A stretch of 64,000 bases of DNA from assembly GCA_038237435.1 (NCBI GenBank), contig JBBRYT010000001.1:152656-216655 (forward strand). Reading direction: 5' to 3'. Below are positions 29,323-39,366 of this stretch, in pieces. The notes under the pieces are model-generated. The model had not been told where the DNA came from and made no database searches. It worked only from the letters and a program-made list of their open reading frames with translations. The translations under genes were made by a program, and so were the position numbers. Source of the stretch: Chthoniobacterales bacterium (GTDB lineage: Bacteria; Verrucomicrobiota; Verrucomicrobiia; Chthoniobacterales; UBA10450). Positions within the stretch are counted from its first letter, which is position 1. Every line of letters begins with the position of its first letter.

Positions 29323-29883
29323 ATGAGCGCGGAAGAAATTTTGTTCGAAACGGAGGTCGCGATGGAAAAAAGCGTGGACTACATGATCCACGAATTTTCC
29401 GGCGTGCGCACGGGCAAGGCCTCACCCGCGCTGGTCGAGAATGTCGACGTCGAAGCCTACGGCTCGTCGATGAAGCTTAAGCAGCTCGCGCTCATCACCA
29501 CGCCCGAGCCGCGCTTGCTCGTCGTGCAGCCATTCGATGCCGCCACGGTGAAAGATATCGAAAAGGCTTTGAAAGAATCGAAGATCGGCATTCAGCCGCT
29601 CGTCGATGGCAAATTAATTCGGCTGCCGATCCCTGAGCTTTCGGAAGAGCGTCGCAAAGATTTGGTGAAATCGCTCAAACAAATGGCGGAGGAAGCGCGG
29701 GTGCGCGTCCGGAGCAATCGTCGCACCGCCTTAGACGACGCAAAAAAACTGAAAGGCTCCGGCGAATTAACTGAGGACGGAATCCGCGATTTGGAAAGCG
29801 ACGTGCAGAAGCTGACCGATAAGTTCGTGAAATCGGTCGATGATCACCTCGAGCGCAAAGAAGCCGAAGTGATGAAGGTCTAA
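29323..29883 (+). CDS. frr: ribosome recycling factor
   Basis: 186 aa. GVRTGKASPALVENV, IPELSEERRKDLVK. Confidence 0.95.
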   Translation: MSAEEILFETEVAMEKSVDYMIHEFSGVRTGKASPALVENVDVEAYGSSMKLKQLALITTPEPRLLVVQPFDAATVKDIEKALKESKIGIQPLVDGKLIRLPIPELSEERRKDLVKSLKQMAEEARVRVRSNRRTALDDAKKLKGSGELTEDGIRDLESDVQKLTDKFVKSVDDHLERKEAEVMKV

Positions 29884-30063
29884 CTACTCGTGAGATGTTC
29901 TCTCGGTTCGCGCAGCTGTCATCATGAAACTGGCGCAGAGCGCCAAAGGATCTCACGTTTGCTTTTGTCGGCAACGCGTGTTCTTCAAACCGACTCCGAG
30001 ACCTTTGACGAGATCCTTCGCCGTCTTCGCGGTTCAGGATGACACGCTTTCTCGCGCGCGAAT

Positions 30064-30879
30064 TTACAGCCGCACCAAGTCCAACAAAAACTGACACCAA
30101 AGATAAACCATCCCGCGCCAGGAATATTTCACCTCGCGGTCGTTGGCGGATTTGAGCACACCCTTTTTAATGTTGTGCGCGATCTGGTCGCGTAAATCGC
30201 GCTCGATTTCCGCCTGAATGGTTTCTTCATCCATCGGATCGATCGCTTTTGTTTCGACCTGATGATTCCGTAGGTATTCCTTGTGGCTTTGATAAAGCTG
30301 CCAGAACGACTGATCTGGTCGCTGTCGATTGATCCGGAACTGCGGCGTTAATTTCAGACCGTAGGACAACGGATAGTTCCACGTCGTCCAGATGATTCCG
30401 TCGTGCGCGCGTGAGGAAATGCGCAGGTAATAAAAGGACAAATCGTTTTGTTCGTTCAAACAGATGGTCGCCTGCGCGCGATCTTCTTCTTTGTAAAAAA
30501 GGCGAAAGAACTGTCGATAATCCTCCCAATCCCAGCCGGCGTCACTGATGTGGGCGAAACCTTCGTTTTCGATTTCGCGCGTGATCTCGTTCAACGTCGG
30601 AAAAATATCTGACGATGGCGGGCTCTTCGGCCGCAGTGCTTTTTCCTTGGGCAAACGCAACGTGCGAATGCGCGTCAAAATTTCCAGCCACGGGAGGAAG
30701 AACCAGAGAAGCGCCGCCGCCAATCCAATCAGCCAATTGTCTGAGACGAAATACGCCGCCAAAAAAGTGGCAGTGAGAATGCCGAGCGCGCCGGACTTTT
30801 GCGCGAACGAAGTCTGATAGCTCCGCAACGCGATGCTGAGCACCAAGACGCCCAGCACAATAAAAAGGCCAAACAGCAT
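30064..30879 (-). CDS. hypothetical membrane protein
   Basis: 271 aa. Three N-terminal TM helices plus a soluble domain. TAATG overlap with the glutaredoxin-like gene. Confidence 0.55.
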   Translation of the reverse strand: MLFGLFIVLGVLVLSIALRSYQTSFAQKSGALGILTATFLAAYFVSDNWLIGLAAALLWFFLPWLEILTRIRTLRLPKEKALRPKSPPSSDIFPTLNEITREIENEGFAHISDAGWDWEDYRQFFRLFYKEEDRAQATICLNEQNDLSFYYLRISSRAHDGIIWTTWNYPLSYGLKLTPQFRINRQRPDQSFWQLYQSHKEYLRNHQVETKAIDPMDEETIQAEIERDLRDQIAHNIKKGVLKSANDREVKYSWRGMVYLWCQFLLDLVRL

Positions 30880-31130
30880 TAAGGCTTGATTCCGTGCTCG
30901 CCCAGAAACTTTTCCAACTGATCGGTATCAAAATTCGCCAGCACTTCATCGCCCGCCACTAGCGTCGGCACATAAGTCTGATCGGAAATCTCCGTCATCT
31001 CCTTGTAGGCCTGCCGGTCTTCGCCAACATCGATTTCGGTAAACTTGTAACCGCGCTCGGTCAGGTATTCCTTCGCGTCCATGCACCACGAGCACCACTC
31101 GCGACTGTAGAGTTTGAGTTCGGCGGCCAC
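30879..31130 (-). CDS. glutaredoxin-like protein
   Basis: 83 aa with the CSWC redox motif (LYSREWCSWCMDAKEYL). Confidence 0.8.
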   Translation of the reverse strand: MAAELKLYSREWCSWCMDAKEYLTERGYKFTEIDVGEDRQAYKEMTEISDQTYVPTLVAGDEVLANFDTDQLEKFLGEHGIKP

Positions 31131-31161
31131 AGATAAAAATAAAACAGACGCTTCCGCGGCG

Positions 31162-32700
31162 TCAATATGACTTCGCCCAGATCACGCGACGCGGACTCGG
31201 CTCGCCGGTAAAAATGCATTTTCCTGCTTCGGGCGGCTTCGCCGGTTGGTCGAAGGGAATGCAGCGAATCGTCACTTTCAGGTCGTTCTTTACTTGTTCT
31301 TCGACTGCGCCCGCACCATTCCAATGGGCCAGGGCGAAACCTCCGTGAACTTCCGGTTTGTTGGAATTCTTCGGGGTGAAGAAGTCGTAGAACTCTTCCT
31401 TCGAGTTTATCTCGCGCGTGTTCTCGTCTCGGAATTTTGTCGCGCGCTCGAGTAGATTTTTTTGGATGGAATCCAGCAATCCGCTCACGCGCCTAACGAG
31501 TTCTTCGCTCTTAAGGAATTCCTTCGCTTTCACACCCTGGTCGCGCCGACTGACAGCGACGCTGCCCGATTCCAGATCGCGTGGACCAATCTCAACCCGC
31601 ATTGGCACACCTTTCTTGATCCATTCCCAACTCTTCACTCCACCACCGAGATCGCGCTTGTCGACCTCCACTTCGAGCCGGGCTTCGTGATAATAAATTG
31701 CGCGCAGTTCTGCCGCCAGTTTATCCACGGCGGCTAAGACCGCAGCGCGTGTTTCCTCTTTCGGTGTGATCGGAATGATCACGATGTGCGTAGGAGCGAG
31801 ACGCGGCGGCAAGACCAATCCATCATCATCGGCATGCGCCATGATGAGGGTCCCGACCATGCGCGTGCTCAGACCCCAACTCGTCGTCCATCCAAACTCC
31901 TGCTTTCCGTCGCGGGTTTGAAATTGAATACCGCTCGCACGCGAAAAATTTTGTCCGAGAAAGTGTGAGGTGCCGGCCTGAATCGCTTTCCGATCCTGCA
32001 CCATCGCTTCGATGGTCAACGTCTGGACCGCGCCGGGAAAACGCTCGCTCTCCGATTTCTCGCCGCTAAAAACGGGAACTGCAACGTAGTCGCGCGCAAA
32101 TGTCTCATACACATCCAGCATGCGTCGCGTTTCTTCGCGCGCTTCCGCTTCCGTCTCGTGCACCGTGTGACCTTCCTGCCAGAGGAACTCAGTCGTGCGC
32201 AAAAAAATCCTCGGCCGCATTTCCCAGCGCACGACGTTACACCATTGATTGATCAGGATCGGCAAATCGCGGTAACTCTGCACCCACTTCGCGTAAGTCG
32301 CGCCGATGATTGTCTCGGAAGTCGGCCTAACGACTAGTGGCTCGCTCAGCGGACTAGCCGGAACCATTTTGCCTTCGGCATTCACTTCCAGCCGGCTATG
32401 CGTGACGACTGCACATTCCTTGGCGAAGCCCTCTACATGCGCCGCTTCCTTCGCCATGTAACTGAGCGGAATAAAAAGCGGGAAGTAAGCGTTGCGATGC
32501 CCGGTCGCCTTGAACATCGCGTCGAGCGCCCGCTGCATGTTTTCCCAGATGCCGTAACCCCACGGCCGAATGACCATGCAACCGCGCACTTCCGAGGGCT
32601 CGGCCAGCTCCGCCGCCCGGATCACCTGCTGATACCATTCTGGAAAATCTTCCTCACGCCGCGGTGTGATCGCAGTTTTTGGTTTCGCGTTGTCGCTCAT
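31162..32700 (-). CDS. proS: proline--tRNA ligase (archaeal/eukaryote-like type without the INS domain)
   Basis: Class II motifs, FPEWYQQVIRAAELAE N-terminus and a C-terminal ...WAKSY end. Start taken at ATG 32700 rather than the longer ORF-track start. Confidence 0.95.
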   Translation of the reverse strand: MSDNAKPKTAITPRREEDFPEWYQQVIRAAELAEPSEVRGCMVIRPWGYGIWENMQRALDAMFKATGHRNAYFPLFIPLSYMAKEAAHVEGFAKECAVVTHSRLEVNAEGKMVPASPLSEPLVVRPTSETIIGATYAKWVQSYRDLPILINQWCNVVRWEMRPRIFLRTTEFLWQEGHTVHETEAEAREETRRMLDVYETFARDYVAVPVFSGEKSESERFPGAVQTLTIEAMVQDRKAIQAGTSHFLGQNFSRASGIQFQTRDGKQEFGWTTSWGLSTRMVGTLIMAHADDDGLVLPPRLAPTHIVIIPITPKEETRAAVLAAVDKLAAELRAIYYHEARLEVEVDKRDLGGGVKSWEWIKKGVPMRVEIGPRDLESGSVAVSRRDQGVKAKEFLKSEELVRRVSGLLDSIQKNLLERATKFRDENTREINSKEEFYDFFTPKNSNKPEVHGGFALAHWNGAGAVEEQVKNDLKVTIRCIPFDQPAKPPEAGKCIFTGEPSPRRVIWAKSY

Positions 32701-32801
32701 TTTATGGGGGCGATACTTAACCGCATCTGCTCGAAACGCCAACGGCGTTTCGCCTAACCAAACGCAACTTTTCCGCGCCAGCGGGTTTCAGTCTTCAGAA
32801 C

Positions 32802-33140
32802 ATGAAAACGAAATTATGCCTCACCATTTTTGCGGCGGTAGCTGCGATGCAGCTCGCGCCCGTCAGTTTCGCCCAAGCGAACGATGATCAAGCTGGCTGG
32901 CAACGCCACGGTCGGCGCGCCCATTTGCTAGCGAACCTTTCCGCCGACGAACGAAGCAAACTCCGCGCTGCCAATCAAAAAGCGATGGCCGATCCCGCCG
33001 TGCAAGCCGCTAAAGAGCGAGCCAGGCAGGCGAGGAAAGATTTTCGCTCCCTCAAACGTGCCGCCCTGTTACGCGCCGATCCGTCGCTCCAGCCGATCCT
33101 AGACAAGATTCCCGAACGCGGGGGCAAGCGCAATACCTAG
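32802..33140 (+). CDS. hypothetical secreted helical protein
   Basis: 112 aa. Signal peptide MKTKLCLTIFAAVAAMQLAPVSFA. Confidence 0.5.
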   Translation: MKTKLCLTIFAAVAAMQLAPVSFAQANDDQAGWQRHGRRAHLLANLSADERSKLRAANQKAMADPAVQAAKERARQARKDFRSLKRAALLRADPSLQPILDKIPERGGKRNT

Positions 33141-33793
33141 AAATTCCGCGCGACCAACCGCTCGTTAGGCACAGTCCCGCCTTCGACGTAGGTGCCAGCG
33201 AATTCTGTGCTGCAGATGGTTCGATAGGTCGCGTGTGATCCGACCGCCGCCCCGGCGTAACCGAACGCAGGGTTGAAAATATTCTTGCGATGTTTTCGGC
33301 CGGGCAATCCGTCGTCGATGATCAAGGCCATGACGATTTCGCGCGCGCCAGAGCGGCCACACGCGAGATTTTCGCCCCACATTCCGCTCCAATTGCCGTA
33401 ACGATTGATGCGATCGCCGGTATTGCTGCCGCCTCGCCCGGAGTGACTCATCCCGCCGCCGGCTTGCTCGGCACAATGATCCGTCGCGGCCCGCGACATT
33501 CCTGGCGAGAAAACCAACGGAGCTTCGGGCGAAGCGCTGCGGAGGAAATGGATCGCATCGTCCAGAGCGCGCGTACCCTCCTTGGTTCGCAGTGGAATGC
33601 GACCCGGCACGATTAACAAGTTCCCGTGAAAATTGCCGCGTATTTCTTCGATGAAGGTCGCGTAGAGCGCGGGATTTTGGCGGGCCAGATTCATCTCGCG
33701 CACGATCGCGCTGCCGGAATTTGGTTCTGCGAATGATGTCTGCGCGGCCACAAGAGAAAACATCAAACCAAGAGTGATAAAACAGCGTCTCAT
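33137..33793 (-). CDS. secreted CAP/SCP/PR1-like domain protein
   Basis: Start at ATG 33793 gives the signal peptide MRRCFITLGLMFSLVAAQTSFA. CAP-like blocks are MNLARQNP, HSGRGG and GRKHRKNIFNP. Confidence 0.75.
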   Translation of the reverse strand: MRRCFITLGLMFSLVAAQTSFAEPNSGSAIVREMNLARQNPALYATFIEEIRGNFHGNLLIVPGRIPLRTKEGTRALDDAIHFLRSASPEAPLVFSPGMSRAATDHCAEQAGGGMSHSGRGGSNTGDRINRYGNWSGMWGENLACGRSGAREIVMALIIDDGLPGRKHRKNIFNPAFGYAGAAVGSHATYRTICSTEFAGTYVEGGTVPNERLVARNF

Positions 33794-33806
33794 TATGGTA
33801 TTTATG

Positions 33807-33822
33807 AGCAAAACCAGTGCCA
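33807..33822 (-). promoter_or_regulatory. candidate sigma-54 (-24/-12) promoter
   Basis: The minus strand reads TGGCAC-TGGTT-TTGCT, a full match to TGGCAC-N5-TTGCW. It ends 14 nt upstream of ATG 33793. Confidence 0.45.
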
Positions 33823-33873
33823 CCGCGGCACTGGAACGAGGGTTGACACCCACCGTCGCTGCTCGTAGCTTCC

Positions 33874-34320
33874 GTGCCCTTTCAGCTCCAGATGAAGACC
33901 TTTTCTGCTAAAGCCGCCGAAGTCCCCCGCAAGTGGTGGATCATTGACGCCAAAGACCAGGTGCTCGGCCGCGTCGCGGTCAAAGCCGCCAATCTATTAC
34001 GCGGCAAAGAAAAGGCGATTTACACACCGCATTGCGACACCGGCGATTTCGTCGTCGTGATCAATGCCGACAAAGTGCGTCTGACCGGCAAGAAAGAAGA
34101 GCAAAAGACTTTCATGAGTTTCTCCGGATTCGTGGGCGGACATAAAATCGAGAACGTTCGCGGCCGTCGCGCGCGCCATCCGGAATTGCTCGTCGAGCAC
34201 GCCATTCGTGGGATGATTCCACATAACAAACTCGGTCGCGCCGTTTATCGGAAATTGAAGGTCTACAAAGGCGACCTTCATCCGCATGCCGCGCAGGCCC
34301 CCGCCGCGGTTTCATTTTAG
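33874..34320 (+). CDS. rplM: 50S ribosomal protein L13
   Basis: 148 aa. WWIIDAKDQVLGRVA. Confidence 0.95.
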   Translation: MPFQLQMKTFSAKAAEVPRKWWIIDAKDQVLGRVAVKAANLLRGKEKAIYTPHCDTGDFVVVINADKVRLTGKKEEQKTFMSFSGFVGGHKIENVRGRRARHPELLVEHAIRGMIPHNKLGRAVYRKLKVYKGDLHPHAAQAPAAVSF

Positions 34321-34337
34321 CCTAACGAGTCCTGATC

Positions 34338-34733
34338 ATGGCCCAGACAGAAGAATTTATCGCCACCGGCCGTCGCAAAACTTCCGTCGCGCGCATTCGC
34401 ATGACGGCGGGCAACGGCAAAATCGACGTGAACGGCAAACGTTTCGAAGATTATTTCCCGACCGTCCCGTTGCAGAACACGGTCCTGCAACCGTTACAGG
34501 CGGTGAAGCTGACTAACTCCTACGATCTCTCCATCAACGCCACTGGCGGCGGAGCCACCGGCCAGGCAGGCGCAGTTCGGCTCGCGATTTCGCGCGCGCT
34601 TCTGCAAGTGGACGCGAATCTTCGCGGAACCCTGAAAGCCGAGGGATTGCTCATGCGCGATCCGCGGATGAAAGAGCGCAAGAAATCCGGCCAACCGGGA
34701 GCACGCAAACGCTTCCAGTTCTCGAAGCGCTAA
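34338..34733 (+). CDS. rpsI: 30S ribosomal protein S9
   Basis: 131 aa. GRRKTSVARI ... KRFQFSKR. Confidence 0.95.
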   Translation: MAQTEEFIATGRRKTSVARIRMTAGNGKIDVNGKRFEDYFPTVPLQNTVLQPLQAVKLTNSYDLSINATGGGATGQAGAVRLAISRALLQVDANLRGTLKAEGLLMRDPRMKERKKSGQPGARKRFQFSKR

Positions 34734-34756
34734 TCGCGCTTCGCGGCAACTACTCG

Positions 34757-35473
34757 TTAGGGCGTCGGAACAACCGAGGCAGTTGGCTGTAGCTGCACGG
34801 GCGCAACTGATGGCGCTGCCGCGGTCGACGCTGCAGGTGCAGGTGTCGTGTTCGATTTGAGCGTGCGTAAATATTGCTGCGCTTCCATTGCCGCGTAACT
34901 ATCGCGGTATTGCGTCAGGACAGTTTCGCAAACGCGGCGCGCCTCATCGACCTGCCCCTTTTGCTTGAGGATCGGAACCTCCGCCAACAAAGCGAGTGGT
35001 GCGTTGAACGAACGCGGATTTTCCGACGCGACGCGCTTATACATTTCGAGCGCCTCATCATTTTTGCCTAACGACTCCAAATTCCCCGCCATCGCGCTCT
35101 TGGCCGTCGAAGCCAATTCATGCTTCGGATAATTGTGAAGGAACGTTTGCAGAGTCGTGTTTGATTCCGCGAATTTTCCGCCCTTCTTCTGCGCATCGGC
35201 CAACCGCAAACAAGCCGTCGCCGCCGCCGGTGCCTCGGGATATTGAGAATAGACTTTTTGGAAATCGGTCGGGCCTTTCGCGTCCGCTAAAAGATCAGCG
35301 GCCGAAGCATCGCGTTTGGCGGTATACAGTCGATATCCGCCGTAGGCCGCCAGCGCGACCAGGACCACGAGCAATCCGATCAGGATTTCCATCCGATGTT
35401 TAACCCAGAAAACTTGCGTCTCGATCACGGGATCGATCGACTCATCAGAAACTGGGCGCGTCACAGGTGGCAT
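34757..35473 (-). CDS. membrane-anchored TPR protein (YfgM-like)
   Basis: One TM helix (ILIGLLVVLVALAAYGGY) followed by TPR-like helices. Start taken at ATG 35473. Confidence 0.6.
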   Translation of the reverse strand: MPPVTRPVSDESIDPVIETQVFWVKHRMEILIGLLVVLVALAAYGGYRLYTAKRDASAADLLADAKGPTDFQKVYSQYPEAPAAATACLRLADAQKKGGKFAESNTTLQTFLHNYPKHELASTAKSAMAGNLESLGKNDEALEMYKRVASENPRSFNAPLALLAEVPILKQKGQVDEARRVCETVLTQYRDSYAAMEAQQYLRTLKSNTTPAPAASTAAAPSVAPVQLQPTASVVPTP

Positions 35474-35630
35474 AGATGCAAAACGAGAGTTCGTCCTATG
35501 CCACGCGATACTTTCCTGCGCAACTGCGACGCGGCCGAACACCGTATGCGCATCAAAGAAAAAACCAATTTCACGGCGCGATCGGTCTCATCAAGGCTCG
35601 CATCCGATTTCACTCGCGCGATAATTTGGC

Positions 35631-36146
35631 ATGACGCAATTTTATGATTCTTTTTCCTCTCTCCTCGGCCTTCATGTCGATCCGAAGGATCTGACCTTTC
35701 TTCAAGTTAGTCTGCGCGGCCTGTTCGTTTTCGTCGTCTCACTCGCCATCATCCGCGCCGGCCGCAAACGTTCTCTCGCGCGCAAAACCGCTTTCGACGC
35801 CCTCCTGCTCGTCATCCTCGCCTCCGTTCTCTCGCGCGCGGTCAACGGGAGCGCTTCCTTCTTTCCGACGCTCGGAGGCGCGCTCGTCGTCGTCGTTTTC
35901 CATCGCTTGTTAGGCTTCGGCGCTTGTCGCTGGCGGTGGGTCGGCTTCCTCATCAAGGGCGAGCCCGAAATTCTAGTCGAAGATGGCGAACGACTACACC
36001 GTGCCATGTCCCGCAACCACATTTCCGATCACGACCTCGAAGAAGATATGCGCCTCGCCGCTAAGACCGATGATCTTTCCAAGATTCGCGTCGCCCGCAT
36101 AGAACGCAGCGGCGATATCAGCTTCATCAAAAAACAGGAAGCCTAA
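35631..36146 (+). CDS. DUF421/YetF-like membrane protein
   Basis: 171 aa. N-terminal TM helices and a C-terminal RNHISDHDLEEDMRL...IERSGDISFI pattern. Confidence 0.7.
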   Translation: MTQFYDSFSSLLGLHVDPKDLTFLQVSLRGLFVFVVSLAIIRAGRKRSLARKTAFDALLLVILASVLSRAVNGSASFFPTLGGALVVVVFHRLLGFGACRWRWVGFLIKGEPEILVEDGERLHRAMSRNHISDHDLEEDMRLAAKTDDLSKIRVARIERSGDISFIKKQEA

Positions 36147-36151
36147 CGAAC

Positions 36152-37258
36152 TTGCTGTTAGCATCGTTTCCAGGACGCATGATTGCGCACGACAAACTTT
36201 TCATTCCCGGTCCGGTCGAAGTTTCAGAGAGAACGCTCGCCGCATTTTCGCGACCAATGATCGGTCATCGCGGCGAAGCGTTTCGCGATCTCTATCGCGA
36301 CATTCATCCGAAATTGCAGACGCTCTTCGGCACAAAACAGCCGGTGTTCCTTTCCACCTCCTCCGCGTGGGGCGTGATGGAAGCATCCATCCGCAATCTC
36401 GTCGATCGCGGCGTTCTCTGCTGCATGTGCGGCGCCTTTTCCGACAAATGGCTCGATGTCGCGCGGCGTTGCGGGAAAAACGCCGAGCCGTTGCAAGTTG
36501 AGTGGGGAAAACACATCGATCACAAAGACATCGACGCGAAACTCGCCAGCGGAAAATTCGACACCGTCACGCTCATCCACAACGAGACCTCCACCGGCGT
36601 GATGAATCCGTTACCGGAAATTTGCTGCACGCTCGCGAAATATCCCGACGTCGCGCTCATCGTCGACACCGTCTCGTCCTTTTCCGCGATGAAGATCGAC
36701 ATGGATTCGTTAGGCATCGACGTCCTTCTCACCGGCGCGCAAAAGGCGCTCGCTCTTCCACCCGGTTTTTCACTCTTCGCCGTTTCCGAAAAAGGCTTCG
36801 CCCGCGCTGAAAAACAAAAAGACCGCGGCTACTACTTCGATTTTCTTGAATTCAAAAAACAGCAAATCGAATGGATGACGCCGAGCACCCCGAGCATCGG
36901 TCACATCTACGCCCTGCAATCCAAGCTCGAAGAAATCTTCGCCGAAGGCCTGACGAATCGTCACGAGCGTCACATCAGGACCAACTCACTCGTCCACGAT
37001 TGGGTCCGCGCTCGCGGCTTCGACTTTTTCGCTGAGGAAGGTTTCCGTTCCAAGACGCTTACTTGTGTAAAAAACAATCGCGGCATCGACGTGACAAAGC
37101 TCGCGAAAGATCTTCGCGAAAAACATCACATCGTCATCGACCCCGGCTACGGCAAACTCAAAGGCCACACCTTCCGTCTCTCCAACATGGGCGACGAAAC
37201 GGAAGAGACCGTCTCGCATTTACTTGCGTGTCTCGACGATTGCCTGAAGTCAGAATAA
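36152..37258 (+). CDS. class V PLP aminotransferase (AGXT/SerC-like)
   Basis: 368 aa. LFIPGPVEV N-terminus and TGAQKAL lysine region. Confidence 0.85.
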   Translation: MLLASFPGRMIAHDKLFIPGPVEVSERTLAAFSRPMIGHRGEAFRDLYRDIHPKLQTLFGTKQPVFLSTSSAWGVMEASIRNLVDRGVLCCMCGAFSDKWLDVARRCGKNAEPLQVEWGKHIDHKDIDAKLASGKFDTVTLIHNETSTGVMNPLPEICCTLAKYPDVALIVDTVSSFSAMKIDMDSLGIDVLLTGAQKALALPPGFSLFAVSEKGFARAEKQKDRGYYFDFLEFKKQQIEWMTPSTPSIGHIYALQSKLEEIFAEGLTNRHERHIRTNSLVHDWVRARGFDFFAEEGFRSKTLTCVKNNRGIDVTKLAKDLREKHHIVIDPGYGKLKGHTFRLSNMGDETEETVSHLLACLDDCLKSE

Positions 37259-37263
37259 AAGCG

Positions 37264-37295
37264 GAAGGGCGCCTTCGTTTCCGAAAGCGCCCTTC
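37264..37295. terminator. strong hairpin between the aminotransferase gene and the rnpB 3' end (likely rnpB terminator, possibly bidirectional)
   Basis: GAAGGGCGC ... GCGCCCTTC 9-bp stem with an inner TTCG/CGAA extension. The minus strand continues GCTTTTATT. Confidence 0.5.
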
Positions 37296-37299
37296 ATAT

Positions 37300-37695
37300 T
37301 GATGGCGGTAAGCCGAATTCTGTCCTCCGAATTTCTCCGGAGCGATGATCATTTATCTCACCCGGATTTCTCCGGACGCCCGATCCCGCAGAGCGGGAGC
37401 GTGATGCGACGAAACCCGAGGATCAACGGACCGGCTGCCCTCCCTCTGTTTTGTCTTGCACCGCATGGGGTTTTTCCTGCCGCGCGAATTACTCCGCGCG
37501 CGGTGAGCTCTTACCTCGCCATTTCACCCTTACCTGCGCTTCTTTCAAAGAACCGGCGGTGTCTTTTCTGCGACACTTTCCGTCGCCGCAATTTTACAAC
37601 TGCGGCGCCCGCGTGTTCTACGCGGCATGCTGCCGTATGGTGTTCGGACTTTCCTCCAGCAAGTCTCACGACTCACCAGCGATCATCTGCCATCG
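37300..37695 (-). ncRNA. rnpB: RNase P RNA, bacterial type A
   Basis: The minus strand contains GGAGGAAAGTCCGAACACC, GGTAAGGGTGAAATGGCGAGGTAAGAGCTCACC and GGACAGAATTCGGCTTACCGCC (conserved regions CR-I, CR-IV, CR-V). 5' GATGGCAG pairs with 3' CCGCCATC to form P1. End positions are +/-10 nt. Confidence 0.85.
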
Positions 37696-37710
37696 GGCGG
37701 AAGCTACTCG

Positions 37711-38460
37711 TTAGGCGGCCGAAATCAATTCACCCTGCCGCGCGAGAGGCGCCGGTTCGGTTCCGTCGAGTGCGCGCAGAAAATTAATGCACTCGCCGCG
37801 CGCTTCGCGAAAAAATTCCCGCTTGGTCGCGCCGAGAAGATGAAGTGCCTTGCGGTGATCAGTCCACGCAAATTGCGCCGCGACGGTGAAGAGCACTTGG
37901 AATTGTATGCTCCAAAGCGCGCATTCTGCCGGCAGCCAGCGCCCTTGAATCATGCGTAACCAATCGACATGAAACGCGATGTGCTGCGCTTCGTCGCGCA
38001 AAGTGAGCGCGCAGACTTCTTCCACCACCGGATCGCGCGTTCTGCGATTGAGCAGCCGATAATATGCAGTGCCGACGATCTCGGCGATCACCAGGACCTG
38101 AATCTCGAAATTCAACCCACAGGCGCGTTGCACCAGCCGGAAAAGAAAGTGCGTCCAGTGCACCTTAATCAAAGAACCGCCAAATCGCCTAACGAGTAGT
38201 TCCAACAAACGCGCGTGCTCCTTTTCCTCGTCGATGAAGAGAGCGAGAGCGTTTGCATAGTTCGGATCGTCCGGCGCCTGCCGGCGCGCCTGCTCGAGAA
38301 GAAATCGACCCTCGCCGCTTTCGCCCAATTGAAAATGCGAAAGCGAGCGGGCCAGGATCGCGCGCGCCTTCGTCTCGAGTGGCGATGGAAGATGCCATAA
38401 CGGTTCGCTGCGATTGATGCGGTTCTCTTCGAAATAGCGGAGCCAATGGAGTGAGTTCAT
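37711..38460 (-). CDS. ferritin-like di-iron carboxylate protein, function unknown
   Basis: 249 aa with two ExxH motifs (EEKEHARLL, RDEAQHIAF). ATGA overlap with ispH suggests co-translation. Confidence 0.55.
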   Translation of the reverse strand: MNSLHWLRYFEENRINRSEPLWHLPSPLETKARAILARSLSHFQLGESGEGRFLLEQARRQAPDDPNYANALALFIDEEKEHARLLELLVRRFGGSLIKVHWTHFLFRLVQRACGLNFEIQVLVIAEIVGTAYYRLLNRRTRDPVVEEVCALTLRDEAQHIAFHVDWLRMIQGRWLPAECALWSIQFQVLFTVAAQFAWTDHRKALHLLGATKREFFREARGECINFLRALDGTEPAPLARQGELISAA

Positions 38461-39329
38461 GAAGTTAGTCGGTGTTTATTTGTCTCGTTAGGCGCGACGC
38501 GCGAAATTTCTTCAAGCCTTTCGATCACGGCGGCGATCGTTTCTGGCAGAGTCGATGTGCCGGCAGTAACACCAACGATCTGCGCAATGGAAAACATGTC
38601 CGTGCCCAATTCTTCCGACCGCTCGATATGGATAACTCGACGCCCTGCCGCGGCGCAGGTTTGAACAAGTTGGAGCGTGTTGTTACTGCTGCGTCCGCCG
38701 ACGACCACGATTGTGTCGGCCGTTTCCACCAACTCGGTCAGAGCACGCTGTCGGTCCTTCGTTGGCTGGCAAACGGTGTCGATGAAACGCACTTCCGATG
38801 CGGGACGCTTCTCCCGAATCTCGGCCACAATACGATGGACGTGTTCGAGCGGCTGGGTCGTTTGCGAAATGACTCCGTAACGTTCGCGCGCCGGCAACGC
38901 CTCCACCTCCGCGATGCTTTCGATTACACAAGCGTCCGCGAAATCTTCCGTCAGCCCTCGCACTTCCACGTGCCCGCGTTTCCCAATCACGACTGGAAAA
39001 TACCCCGCAGCCACGAGCGCTTTGAGCTGCTGATGGGCGCGACGAACGAGCGGGCAGGTGCCGTCAGCGACCGTTAGACCGCTGGCGCGTAATTGCTCGT
39101 GGCGCCGATCCGACGCGCCATGAGCGGTGATCATGACCTGCGCATCGTCGCCGAGAAGATCAACAGCCTCGCGCGCACCGACTGCCAGCAGGCGCTCGCG
39201 CACGACTGGGTTGTGCACCAACTCGCCGAGGATCGTCAGCGGTCCTTCTTTCGCCAACTTCTGCGCCTGCGCGATGGCGTCGCGCACCCCGAAACACATT
39301 CCGAAATGTTGAGCCAGTATGATTTTCAT
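38457..39329 (-). CDS. ispH: 4-hydroxy-3-methylbut-2-enyl diphosphate reductase
   Basis: MKIILAQHFGMCFGVRDAI and the conserved Cys pattern. Start taken at ATG 39329. Confidence 0.9.
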   Translation of the reverse strand: MKIILAQHFGMCFGVRDAIAQAQKLAKEGPLTILGELVHNPVVRERLLAVGAREAVDLLGDDAQVMITAHGASDRRHEQLRASGLTVADGTCPLVRRAHQQLKALVAAGYFPVVIGKRGHVEVRGLTEDFADACVIESIAEVEALPARERYGVISQTTQPLEHVHRIVAEIREKRPASEVRFIDTVCQPTKDRQRALTELVETADTIVVVGGRSSNNTLQLVQTCAAAGRRVIHIERSEELGTDMFSIAQIVGVTAGTSTLPETIAAVIERLEEISRVAPNETNKHRLTS

Positions 39330-39366
39330 GTAACTTTGTGCCACAAAGCTTATAGCCAAAAAAATT

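Noticed and set aside
37299-37959. Several 87-162-aa plus-strand ORFs
   Set aside because: They cover the RNase P RNA gene on the minus strand, where conserved CR-I/IV/V sequences are present, and the end of the ferritin-like gene. No coding features.
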